From Gracilinanus agilis (Eukaryota), in the NCBI RefSeq assembly GCF_016433145.1, contig NC_058130.1, positions 140,521,358-140,585,357 of the forward strand: 64,000 nt of DNA, given 5' to 3'. The notes beneath the pieces were generated by a model. It was not told where the DNA came from. It worked only from the letters and a program-made list of their open reading frames with translations, and made no database searches. Both the position numbers and the translations under genes were made by a program. Within the stretch, counting starts at the first letter, position 1; each line of letters opens with the position of its first letter. This document shows positions 10,305-22,300 of this stretch, piece by piece.

Positions 10305-13300
10305 GTCCAGATTCGGCCACGGAGCCATCAACCGCCAGGAAGGCTAGGGGAACTCCGTCAGGTTCTAATGCAGATGACCAACTCCAGGTCTGACTTATCC
10401 ACCCAACTGGTGCTGAGTGAAGAACAGAAATTACAGGTGATCCTTGCAGGGCTCAGGGAAGGGATGATACAAGAGTACCAAGGAAAGCCAGATACCACTG
10501 TGAGCCCATCTTCCATTACAAGACCCCAACAAGAAAAAAATCAGGCCCTTTCATTGACCATTCAAGGCCCTCTTTAAGCTTGCCTTATCTCCTTTTCCTC
10601 CCTCTCTTCCTTACATACCTTTTGCCATTGCCTTACTGTCTCTCCTCAATGTCCTTGAACAATGCATATCTCCATCTCACTACCTTTGCTCACATTGTTT
10701 CCTTAACTGAGAAGCCTGCCTCCTTTTATACTGAGCCATTACCCATTCCTTTAGGCCCTGACCATCCCAAGAGTTCAGAGGGATCTTATCTTCCTCTGAA
10801 TTTCTAATTCACTTATTTTATATAACCCTCATTTGGCATTTTCCCAGCATATGTGTTCACTTGTGTCAATTTTGTTTCCACCTCTAATTTGTGAGCTATC
10901 CAAAGACAGGCTTGGTTCTATTCCTTTTTTTGTCCCCATAACAGTGTGCAGCATAGGACTGGACACACAGGAGCCAGAAGGCTCTCCATTTCCCCAGAAA
11001 GCCCAGGAATTCACCCAAATAATCCTTCCCCAAAAAACTCAGGATTTGAGCAAGCCTTATGACCCACCTTCTTCACCCCCTTCCTACCAGATTTATAAGG
11101 AACTCATCGACCTCCAAATCGAAACCAATCGTTTGAAGGAGCAATATGAGATGGAAAGCTTTGAGCTCAAGTCTGAGGTGCCTGTGTATATGCATATTTG
11201 TGTGTGTCTGCTCGTACCTTCATGATACCCCCTTCTCCGTCCTTCCCCTAGGAGTGGGAACAAGGACCTAACAACAGAGCTCCCAGTTGTCCCCACTGAG
11301 ATAGCCCTTTGCAGTTATGTTGTCCTTTTTTACAGAATAGGAGTTTGCCTAACATGCCCACAGTCACATAGAGTAGGAAGTAACACCCAGTTCTCCTAAC
11401 TCTCAGCCTAGAACTTCTTCCATGGAATTTCTCACAGTCCCAGAACCTACCAGTCACCCTTTTTGGTGATGGGATGGGGTTGGAGACAAAATTGGGGGAA
11501 GAATAAGGCCACTGCTACCCCTTCACTATGACCCTGCTCCTCCACAGATTTTAACCCTGGAAAATAGAGTCCTAGATCTGGAACTGACTAGGGAGAAAGC
11601 TGGTTTTGAGCAGGCAGAGTTGATAGAGCAGCTAAAAATCATGGAAATCAAGCGTCAGGAGCTGTCAGCTGCCTACAACAGCCTCGAGAGCAACTACCAG
11701 GCTCTGGCCAAGCAACATGAACTTGAGGTGAGGGTATAAGAAGTCAGATGGGCATCTTGGGCCTCCTCCTTGTATTTCTACTCAACCTTAAAGGACTTAA
11801 TTCATTTTGGGTCTGCCCCCCTTTAGAGCTGTTCTATCCTGCCCTGCCCAAGGGGGCAGAGTAGGCTGTGAAACAGAGTGCTCAGGTAAATGGCTATGTT
11901 CTTCCCCATCTCTTCTCCTAGGAAAGGACCCACTTGACAGGGTGGGTCCCTTCCAGGAATAAGCTGAGGAGTCCGTGAGTCCTGAGGAACTTACCCTTGA
12001 TACACTGATCTTAGCATCCCTACCCACCTGCCTTTCTGAGCCACAACTAAAATAATAATAATAATGAGTAATAACAATTATTAATCTTTATATTTTGCCT
12101 TAAAACTTACAGGGTATTTTACATGTGTTATCTCATTAGCTTTTCCTAACTGTGAAGTAAGTGCTATTATTATCTCCATTTTATACAGATTAGGAGACTG
12201 AGGGCCAAGATAGATGTTAAATAATACATCACACAATATTTTGGCCAAGTTTCTAAGTCAGGTCTTACTGACTCCAAGTACAATACTCTTATCTACTCTG
12301 GCATTTCATTACCTATGATAGGAAGAAATCTAGAGACCTGAGTTCTATTCTTTACCCTTTAATTACTGTGTGACTTTGAACAGATCACTGCCCATCTACG
12401 GGCAATCTCAATCTCATTTTCCTCTTCTGCAAACTGAGAAAGGACTAGATAATCTTTAAGGGTCCTATCCTTTTATAATCTATGAGATTCCCTGGCCACA
12501 AAGACAAATAGTCTAATTCCAAACATACAAAATGCATGATTGAGATAGTGAGAAGGGAGAAAAGCATAATTAAATTTCCTAATTTTTTTTTAACAATAGC
12601 CTCCTCACCTCCATGTCCTTTCCCAAAAAGTTATCATCAAGTTGGCCTGGGCCTTTGGGAGAATCCTGTCTGCATTCATCATACTGGCAAATACCACATT
12701 AGATTTGAGGACCTTGAAGCCCTTCTTGGGAAAAGCACTCATCCTGCCCCAGCAGCCTTAAATGCGAACTGAAACACAAAGGAGGAATGACCATCTGGGG
12801 CCCCAAGACAAGGCAGGGAGGGTACTGTTTGTTTTGAGCACTGAAAACATGGAGGGCCAAGAGCTGGAGTAGAATACAGGCCTTCCTTTTCCTTGGTCTT
12901 TTAGGTGCTCCGGGGTAAGGAGCTGAGCCTGGAGCTGTCTATCTTATCCAGGAAAAAACAGCCTTTTGCAGCCTGGCAAGAACCATCATCTTCCCAAGCC
13001 TCACAGCTTTCAATAATTACTGGGATAACAGCTGAGCTAGAAAGAATCAGATCTATGGTACAAGGGTTCACTCACCAGAAACTCAAGGTGGGCCATCCCA
13101 AGGGGTCCCTCCATCAGCGCTACTGACTGAGAGCTTCCACAGAAGGCAGATCCCTAAACCAGGCATATTGAGAATTGAGGGGGAGGAAACTAATCAGCAG
13201 CTAGAATTTGCATAGTTATGTCTCAGTTCATTCTTAAGACAACCCTGTGAGAATTAGGGTTATTACACAGTTATTATATACTTTGTATATACAATTTTGT

Positions 13301-16300
13301 GTGTGAACTGATGCATTTTCTAGAGAGGAGAGGAGAGGAAAGGAAGTAGACACCTGGGAATTTTGATGGCACTAACAAATTTTTAAAGAAAAGACAGAAT
13401 AAAGGCTATTACTATCTCCATTTTACAGAAAAGGGAACTGAGGCTCAGACAGGTTAAATGATTTGCTCAGGGTTACAGTTAGTAAATCCTTAAAGCACAA
13501 TTTAGATTGAAGCCTTCTAGCACTCTATTCATTGTACCACCCAACATCTCTGAAGCACTGCCCTTACCCTCACTAAAATAAGCTATGTGGCTGAAGGAGT
13601 GCAAGGAGTGGAAAACTTCTGTTAACAATCTGACACGCAAAGTATCTGGGCAAATGAGCATAAGTTTCCTGAGAGCATAGAGTAAGAGAAAGTGGACTGG
13701 AATTTAATCTGGGGCAGCTTCCTGAAGGAAGGGGATTTCAAATAGGGAGGTCAAGGACATCGATTAGTTGCTAAGACTATGAAAGCAGCTGTTCCACTAG
13801 AGCTATACATCTCTTACTTGCCTTTCCTTCTGTCCTCAGATAGAAGACATCAGTGACTCTGAGCAGGACCAGAAGAAGATGGAGAAGAAGGTGAGTATAC
13901 CAGGCCCAGGTTCCCCTACATTTCCCTTTGAGGAAGACAAGGAAAAAGGACCTGTCCTTTTCCCCACGGAAGATCACAGTGTAGTCAAGGACACAATTGA
14001 AAATGGTTTAATGAGTATCATCAGCTCCATATCTGGGGAGCAAAGAAGTGATGGGTAGATCGAATGGGTAGGGTTTCTCCAAGAGCAGATCTCAGAAGAG
14101 GTGAGTTTGGGAGAGCATTACCAAATGCCTGAGTGGATCCTTGAGTTACAAGCAGCATTATGCTCCCAAACACTGTCTTCAGACAGTCCTAGTGGTATTT
14201 GGGCCAAATTCTTCAAGCCTATAAAATCTGGGCTGGAAGAACATAGGTCTGGGTATGTGACCTATAATTTGCCAAATGAGGCCTAGTTATAAGATGCTCA
14301 CTTTTTTCTTTAACCCTTACTTTCCATCTTAGAATCAAGGTAGAAGAGGGATAGTGGGGGTTAAATGACTTGCCCAGGGTCACATAGCTAGGAAGTATCT
14401 GTGGGCAGATTTGAACCTAGGATCTCCCATTTCCAGGCCTGACAAGATATCCACTTCTAACATGCAAACTAGGGCCAATTTATATGACAGTTTCTGACAA
14501 GCCAGTTTATGCCAACTTTGAACATGCCCATTACATATTAACTTGAAGCAAAGCAGTAGCCAATGACTAGGAACAGGAACTGTCCCACAACAATTTTTAT
14601 CACCTTTTTCTCTTCTTCCTAGGAATGGCCACAGTCGCTGATCAATCAAGAGAACATTCTGGAAGAGACAGAAAAGAAGAAACTGCTGCAGAATACTCAT
14701 CAGGAAAAGTTGGAAGAGAGAATGTGAGTGGTCAAAGCAGTGTGGTGGAAGTGGGAGGTCGCCCTTGGGTTCCAGGATGAAAGAAAATCAAAAACTATCT
14801 TGCATTAGTCTGTGGAGCAGTATACTTTTTACAGAACTTAGAATCATAGCACATAGATTGTTAGATCTGGAAGGAACATTAGAACATTCAATATCCAAGT
14901 TAGAAAAAGGACCTTGAAGTGAGACCCAGAAAGAAAATGATTTTATGTAAAACTGCACACTGAGTTAATGCTTAAGACTGAGACTAGAACACAGGTTTTC
15001 TCATCTTGTTATGGGATTCTTCTCCTACCACCATCACACTGCCTTTTTCCACACGTTTCTCCAAGAGGCTATGTAGGTCCAAAATATCAACAAGCCATAC
15101 AAGGGTAAGGTGGGAGACAGACTCTGACCTATATACCCATGACACCTTCATCATGCTAGTTGCTGCCATTGCCTCCTTGAGAGCCTGATGCCTTCCACCA
15201 GGAGCGAGTCAGGGGTCCAAGGGAAGGTCCAACCGTTAAGCTCTGACACCCTCAGCAGCCCAAGCAATAGAGGGTCAAAACAAGGAGAAGATTCTCTAGG
15301 CTCTTGCTTCTTTCTCAAAGGATGAAACAAGAGAAAAGAAGCATGAGCTGGCCCATTCAGTCATCTAGTCAAACATCATATTACTCTTTTGTCACCTTAT
15401 CTCTTATGGCTGGGACCCAATCATTGGTGGAAAGGAAGGAGAAAGGAAAGACATCCTGGACTATACCTCGTATAGAAATGAGCCCTTACCTCCAAACTGT
15501 CTTTCAGTTCTTGCTACACATCCATACCCACACTCACACCCCCTTCTCAGGGTAAGAAGCACTCTAGGGAAGCTGATAGCTGGCCCCATAGATGCCCTAC
15601 TGTGTTTGGCAGGACTGAAGGGCAGGATTGTTAGCACATGGGAGTCACTAGTCACTAACTCTGCCATGAATTCAGTTTGCCTACCCTTTGTCTTCAGGAC
15701 AGAGCTGGGGAGGGAACTCCAAAATGCCAAACAGGAGATTGGTGACACGCAGTACAAGTTTGCAGAGCAGTCTATGGTGAGTGAGCAATGACGTTTTTCC
15801 CAGTGACCCCTCACAGGATGGATTAGAGAGCATTTATTGATTTGTTTCCCCAAAATCCTTACCTTCTATCTTAGAATCAACACTAAGTATTGGTTCCAAG
15901 GCAGAAGAGCTAGGCAATTGGGGTTAAGTGACTTGCCCAGGGTCACCCAACTAGGATTGTCCAAAGCTATATTTGAACCCATGACCTCCTTGTCTCTAGA
16001 CCTAGTTCTCTATCCACTGAGTCACCTACCTACCCCTAATTGGAGAGCATTTAGAGCTAAAAGAGGCCTTATGATTTTTAAAATCGAATCTCTTCATTTT
16101 AGAAATGAGGAACTTGAGGCCTAGGACAGTGAATGGTTTTGATTCAAGCCCAGACCTTGTGATTCTAATTTCTGTATATAATGACTGGGCAATAGGAAGC
16201 TGGGGGCTATTGCTGAGAGTGGGTGTTACATGGGCAAGGGACTATGGTTTTAAACATCAAACTCATGACTATGCTGGCCATTAATCCCAGGAATTTCTCC

Positions 16301-16323
16301 AAGTTCTGAAAACCAGTGTCTTT

Positions 16324-16396
<73 letters not shown>

Positions 16397-19300
16397 TCAA
16401 ACTAGTTTGAGCCATGCCCCAGGAAGCCATGGAGATAAAGGGTTGGGAAAGAGGACCTTAGCAAGGACTGTGTCACTTAACCCCCTTCCTCCTAACATGT
16501 CCATCTCTATCTCCTCCAGGCACTGACCACTTCCCAAAAGGAGCTTCAAGAAATGGGGATGGAGAATTCCAAACTGCAGCAGCAGTTGAAGATGATGAAT
16601 GAGGAGTATCGTATCAGGCTTCTGTACTATGCGAAGAACATGGCTGTAAGAACCTAGGGGGTGTACAGGTTCTAGATAGCTCAGTGGCTAGAGAATGAGG
16701 CCTAGAGTCAAATCTGGGTTCAACATTTCCTACCTATGTGTCCCTGAGCAAGTTACTTAACCCCCAACAGCCTAGCCCTTGCCACTCTTCTGCCTTAGAA
16801 CTAATACTTATTATTGATTTCTAAGATGGAAGGTAAGGGTTTATGAAAAAAAGAACTTAGGGGGGGACAATGAGATGGGCAGGAAACTTGACAGTGTCTG
16901 GGGGGAGTAGACAAGGCCATTTTTTCATGAGATTTGGGTAGGGAGGGGTTAAGTCCATATCAGGGTTTATCTGGCTGGATACTAGGTCAACCAGTATGAA
17001 ATATTGGGACAATTCTTGAAATTAAGGATAAGTTGAGGGTGGTTTGAGACTGGGTTTTGGAGAATTACTAATAGGGTTCTTGGTAGGTCAAAGTAGATTG
17101 TTGGGTAAGTTCTAAGAGTATTACAAGTAAATCTAGCCATGCCCTCAAGATGATTTTTCTTAGTGAGAACTGCTCTTAAGAGTGCCCTGTCTTGGGCAGT
17201 CTCACAAGCCCCTAGAAAAAGTAGCTCAGCAACATTCCTTACTGCCTCTTGGGCTTCCATGGCGTATCCAACTAGTCTTGGTTTCCATTTTTCCAATAAC
17301 CATGGAAAGTCTTTCATGGACAGCACTACAATGGACCACCAAGGGCCTCAACAGACACAAGCTGCAGAATCAGGGACAATGAAGAAACTGTTGGATGGAA
17401 TGTTAAATGATATGCAGGCCTCAAACCGAAGTCGAGAACAACAACTGGCCAAGGTCGCCCGGAACTATAAGAAGAGGATGGACAACCTGATGCAGAAGCA
17501 TGAGAGTCTGCTCAATGCCTACAGGTGCAGTCTTCCAACACCTTCCCCTAGATGGGCCCAGAGCCCCAGCTGGCCAACCCTCTCCCAGCTTTCTGTCCCT
17601 AATGCCATTCCACAGGGCAAAGAGCACAAGGTCAAAAACCTCAACTGTTTCTTTTCTCTCAAGAAAGGAAAACCTGGGCATGTCCACTTTAGTCCCTTTG
17701 TTGGGGTAGGGAACGAAGTGGGGGGGAGCTCCCTACAAACACAGCCTTCATCAGGAGGAAGTTTTACGGAGAGTTTACTGGGATAATCTGGAGTTGGGCA
17801 ACTACCAAGTCTGAATAGGGCCACATCTGGATTCTCTGGGGTTCTGTGGGCAACAATCAAAGCAGTGGGTGACAGAGCAAGCCTGGCTTAGGGTCCAGAG
17901 GGAGCAGATTAAGGCCCAGGGTGGTCCTGACATGGAACCTGGTCCTCCGGAAGCCTACTTCATCATCGATGACATTGATCTTCAGTCCAGCCCAACCCAG
18001 GAACTCAACAAACTTCGTGAAGACAAGGCTCGACTAGAGATTCAAATTCAGGACCTTCAGGCCAAGGTAAACAGCTAAGCCACTTTGATCTTGACTGAAT
18101 CCACATGATACCTCAAAAGGCTATAACATCAAATGGAAACCAAAGTTGAGGGGGGAGGGGGGTGTCTCATATAACTTTATTCTGATTGTTCATAAAATCA
18201 TAGAATTACAGAGCTAGAACAAAGGATAGAAGTTTACTGAAAGAAAGATTTTGTTTTTATGAAAGGAAAAACTAGCCAATAGAACTACCCAGAGAATGGG
18301 CTATTTCGATGGTGAGTTTCCTATCACTATTTAGAAGTTAACCATTTGGTGACATTCCAAGAGAAATTTCTGCTCAAGGTATGGATAAGACTAGATGAGA
18401 ACCCTAAGATTCCTTCTTTACCTATGAGTCTATGATACAAAGAACACAACAAGAACCTGGAAAATCCAAATAGCTTATTTCAGCCTGTAATATCATCCTC
18501 TTTACACAACACATAAGCAAAATGTAAAGCTGATGAGTTTTTCCTTCTCCTTACCCTTTTTCCCCAAGGAAAGGGCTCATGCTTATTATAGATTATAGAT
18601 TTAAGGTCAGAAAGGACCTTAGGAGGTTCCTAGATCAATACTTTCATTTTACGTATAATGAAAACTAAGTCCCAGAGAGCATCACACCTAAGGTCACAAA
18701 GGTAGCAGGAGACAGAGCCAGCAATCAAACTTGGACACTCAATCCAGAGCTCACTGAACTGTGCTCAGATACTTTTGGGAGATGTCTCTAGTTTCTGAGG
18801 ATATCACCAAAGACAGTTACCACTCTATCCCATAAAACACCAATGTCAAAGATTGTAATATAGGACTGAATGGGTCAAGGACCTGAGCCAGAGGGGCACT
18901 GAAAGAATAGGGAGAGAAGGTAGCCAATTCCTAGCTGTGTGACCCTGGGCAAGTCACTTAACCTCAAATGCTTAGTTCTCATCACTCTTCTGCCTTGGAA
19001 CCTACACTTAGTATCAATTCTAAGAAAGAAGGGAAGGATTAAAAAAAAAAAAGAATAGAGGAAGAAAATAAGTACTAGAATTGCTTGTGACTTTTTTTTG
19101 TTTTCACAGAATAGATCCAACAAAGCTTCTGAAATGGATACATCTTTCCCACAGTGAGTGTTTCTAATATGACAAGGATAAGATATTCTCCATAGCCCAA
19201 AACAGGATCTGTAGCAGGGAAGAATAGGAATGATAACTGTGCCCTTGTTCGAAGTTAACAACTCAAAAGTTTTCCATCAAATGGAAATAGTATTTGTCCT

Positions 19301-22300
19301 GCCCCTGCTCACACGTAAGGGCCCAAATGAGCTACACTTATTTATTCACTCATCCAACAAGTACATTTTGAGCACTTTCCATGTGCAGGGTCCTGTTCTT
19401 GATGCTGTGTTGAATGGGAAGCAACAAATTCTACACCAGGAGGTTAGGGTAGGCATGTTCCTGTTCAAAGTCAAAAGCAGAGGTTTTCTCAAGTGAGCCC
19501 AGCTCCCTGCAAGACATTCCACTGACCACCAGAGAGCATCTGTGCAGTAGCGACAAGGCCTAGGAGTCCTAGAAAACAGACTTAAAGGAAGGGCCCTCAG
19601 ATGTAAACTTACTAGTTATTCTGGAAGCATGGATCCCTTTTCTACAATAGCTTTGACAAGTAGCCAGCCATCCAGCTTCCAGCATAAATATCTCAGCGAC
19701 TACAAATTAATTCATTACCTTTCAGTGAAGTCCATTCCTTTGTGGGGCAGCTGAAATTTCTAGGAAATTCTTCCTAGTGGTATGATCAAGCTAAAATCTG
19801 CCTCCCTGTAATCTTCCTGTAACAAATATTACATTTGTCACTATATTTAAGTAACTACAGAATTCCAGGTAAAGCCTGGAGTCAGTATTTTACATAGCAC
19901 TTTAAGGTCAACAAAGCACTTTTCTCCACAACAATTCTACAAACCAGGCTAAGAAAGGCTTATTTTCATATTGCAGATGAGGAAGGAGGGGCTAAGAGAT
20001 TCATCATGTTCTGCATGATGATCTAGATCTAAGCTGAAAGCAAATTCAAATCCAGGATTCTTGATAAACTTTGATAAACTCAAATCTCCTGTACTGTTCC
20101 CTTTCCTTTGTCAAATATGGTGATCTAGACCAGACATGCCACTCTAGATATGGTCTGAACAAGGTAGACCATGCAATATTGTCACCTATGATGTTCTGGA
20201 ACCTGTTTCCATTACTACATGCTGGCTCTAGGTTATAATAACTTCCCATATTCCCTATAATTTTATAGCCATGCCTTGGCCATTTTTTTCCCTCTGAGTC
20301 ATTCTAGTCACTTCCCACAGTCTCAGAAGAAGGCTTACAATACTCACAGCCGACATCTTGATAGTACACTCATTTTCTCAGGTGATCTTTACAATCCTTG
20401 AGGTAGGTTACATATTATTCCCATTTTACAGATGAGGAAACTGGTAAAGCCTTGAATCTCTAAGTAGAATTGTTGACTTTCCACAATACCATGAAGTGGG
20501 CCATCTGTTATTTTATAGATATGGTCAGCTTCATCACAGCAGATCTCTTATGTAACAAATCTTCCAAAGAGAAGGGAGTGGAGTCAGCTGAAGCCAGAGA
20601 ATAATCTCCAAATGGCTGGAGAATCCAATTACCTGCCTTGTGAGATCAGAAACCTATTACTTTATCTTCCATACATTCTCTCTTCTCTCCTAGGGATGCA
20701 GTGGTCTGGGACAAAATCCAGAAGCAGCTTCAAGAGTTCACCCAAAACACTCAGGTAGATGATGTTTCAGAGGGAAAACATCTACCATCTAGGTGCCCAT
20801 CCAAGGGGTAAAGGGGTCGGAATGTCAGTTCAAAGCCATTTCTTCCCCTCAAGAATGATGAATAAGCTTGAATCTCAGATTCTTGTGCACAAGTCTCACT
20901 GCACCCGAGAAGCTACTCTCTCTCTAGTAGATATGCCAAGGCCAGCCCCTGACCTCTAAGACAAATGATGGGTGTGACCTGGAGACAGTTCTCTATTTGT
21001 CTAGCTCTTTTCCCCCCCAAGATCAATGCTTGCTTCCTAGTCCTATTCTGACTAAAGCAAAATGAAGTTTCATATCATCTTAGCATGAAGGCATCTACCC
21101 TTCCTCCCCAAAGCAGGAATCCCTTCTCCTAACAGGCAGCTATGTCACCTCTGCTCAAGTACCTCCAATGAAGGTGAGCCCATGAGATATCACAGTCCAT
21201 TTCTGGGCTTTCTCACATTGAGCCAAAACCTGCCTGCAGCTGCCCTCTATTAATTCTAGTTCTGCACAATGGGGCTGAGGACACAACAATCCTGCTTCTT
21301 CCCAAGGGCCCTTCAGATATATGAAGATGCCAATTATTATTGGGATTATAATTTGGAATTTGGGAGACCCACTCCCAAATTGCCTCAAATTTAATTTTAG
21401 GTGATTTATTATTCAATACCCTGCCAAGATCATTTGCTAAGAAATGGGTGAGCCAAAGTTGATTGGGCAGAGGGCAGAGCAAGGGAAGATGCTGCTGCCT
21501 CTATGACTGCTCAGTCAACTTTGAGGAGCCATTATTTTGGGGAAGCTAGTACTTAAATTAATAAGGGAGGCAATAGAGTGACAGAGCTTTTTTTCAGTCA
21601 TTCAGTCAGACATAACCCTTCATAACCCTGTAGACCCTCCTGTCCATGGAGTGTTCTTGGAAAGGATATTGGAGTGGTTTGCCAGTTCCTTCTCCAGTGG
21701 ATTTAGGCTAACAGAGGTTAACAGGGATCTCACACCTAATGTCAAAGGCCACATATGAACTCAGGTCTTCCCGATTCCAGGCCCAGCACCCTATACACCG
21801 AGTCATCCATATGTCTACAGCAACTGTAGAGGGCCACTGATAAACTGCAATATAAACATGGCACAAACAGGATGGTTGGAGAGAGGTCCAAATCCAACCC
21901 CACAAGCCTATATTGAACACCTACTAAATGCCAACCCTAGAGTTCCTGTTCTCAGGGAGTTTGAAGCTAATGGCTGGGAAGGGGGAGAAGAGATCTATGC
22001 ACCAATAGTGCACTCTCCCTTTTATCACAAAGAAGTAGTCTGGACTTAGTGCTATGAAAAATGTTGAGGGAGGAGATGGTAATTTTCATTAGTGGGATGG
22101 TTTAAAAACATGGAGAATGGGAGAAGGCAAAAGGACAATTATAAGGAATAGAAGGTTGTGTAATTTGGCTGGAATAGCATGTACATGCAAGGGAGGTAAC
22201 ATGAAATAAGGATGGAAAGATAGACTGGAGCCAATTTATAAAAGATTTTAAATATGGAGGATAGAAGCAAATTGGAATAGGGGAGAGGGTGCTTAGCACT

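Noticed and set aside
17163-17786. 207-aa ORF as a stand-alone gene
   Set aside because: Only 17310-17524 is CCDC78-like; the flanks are intronic read-through.
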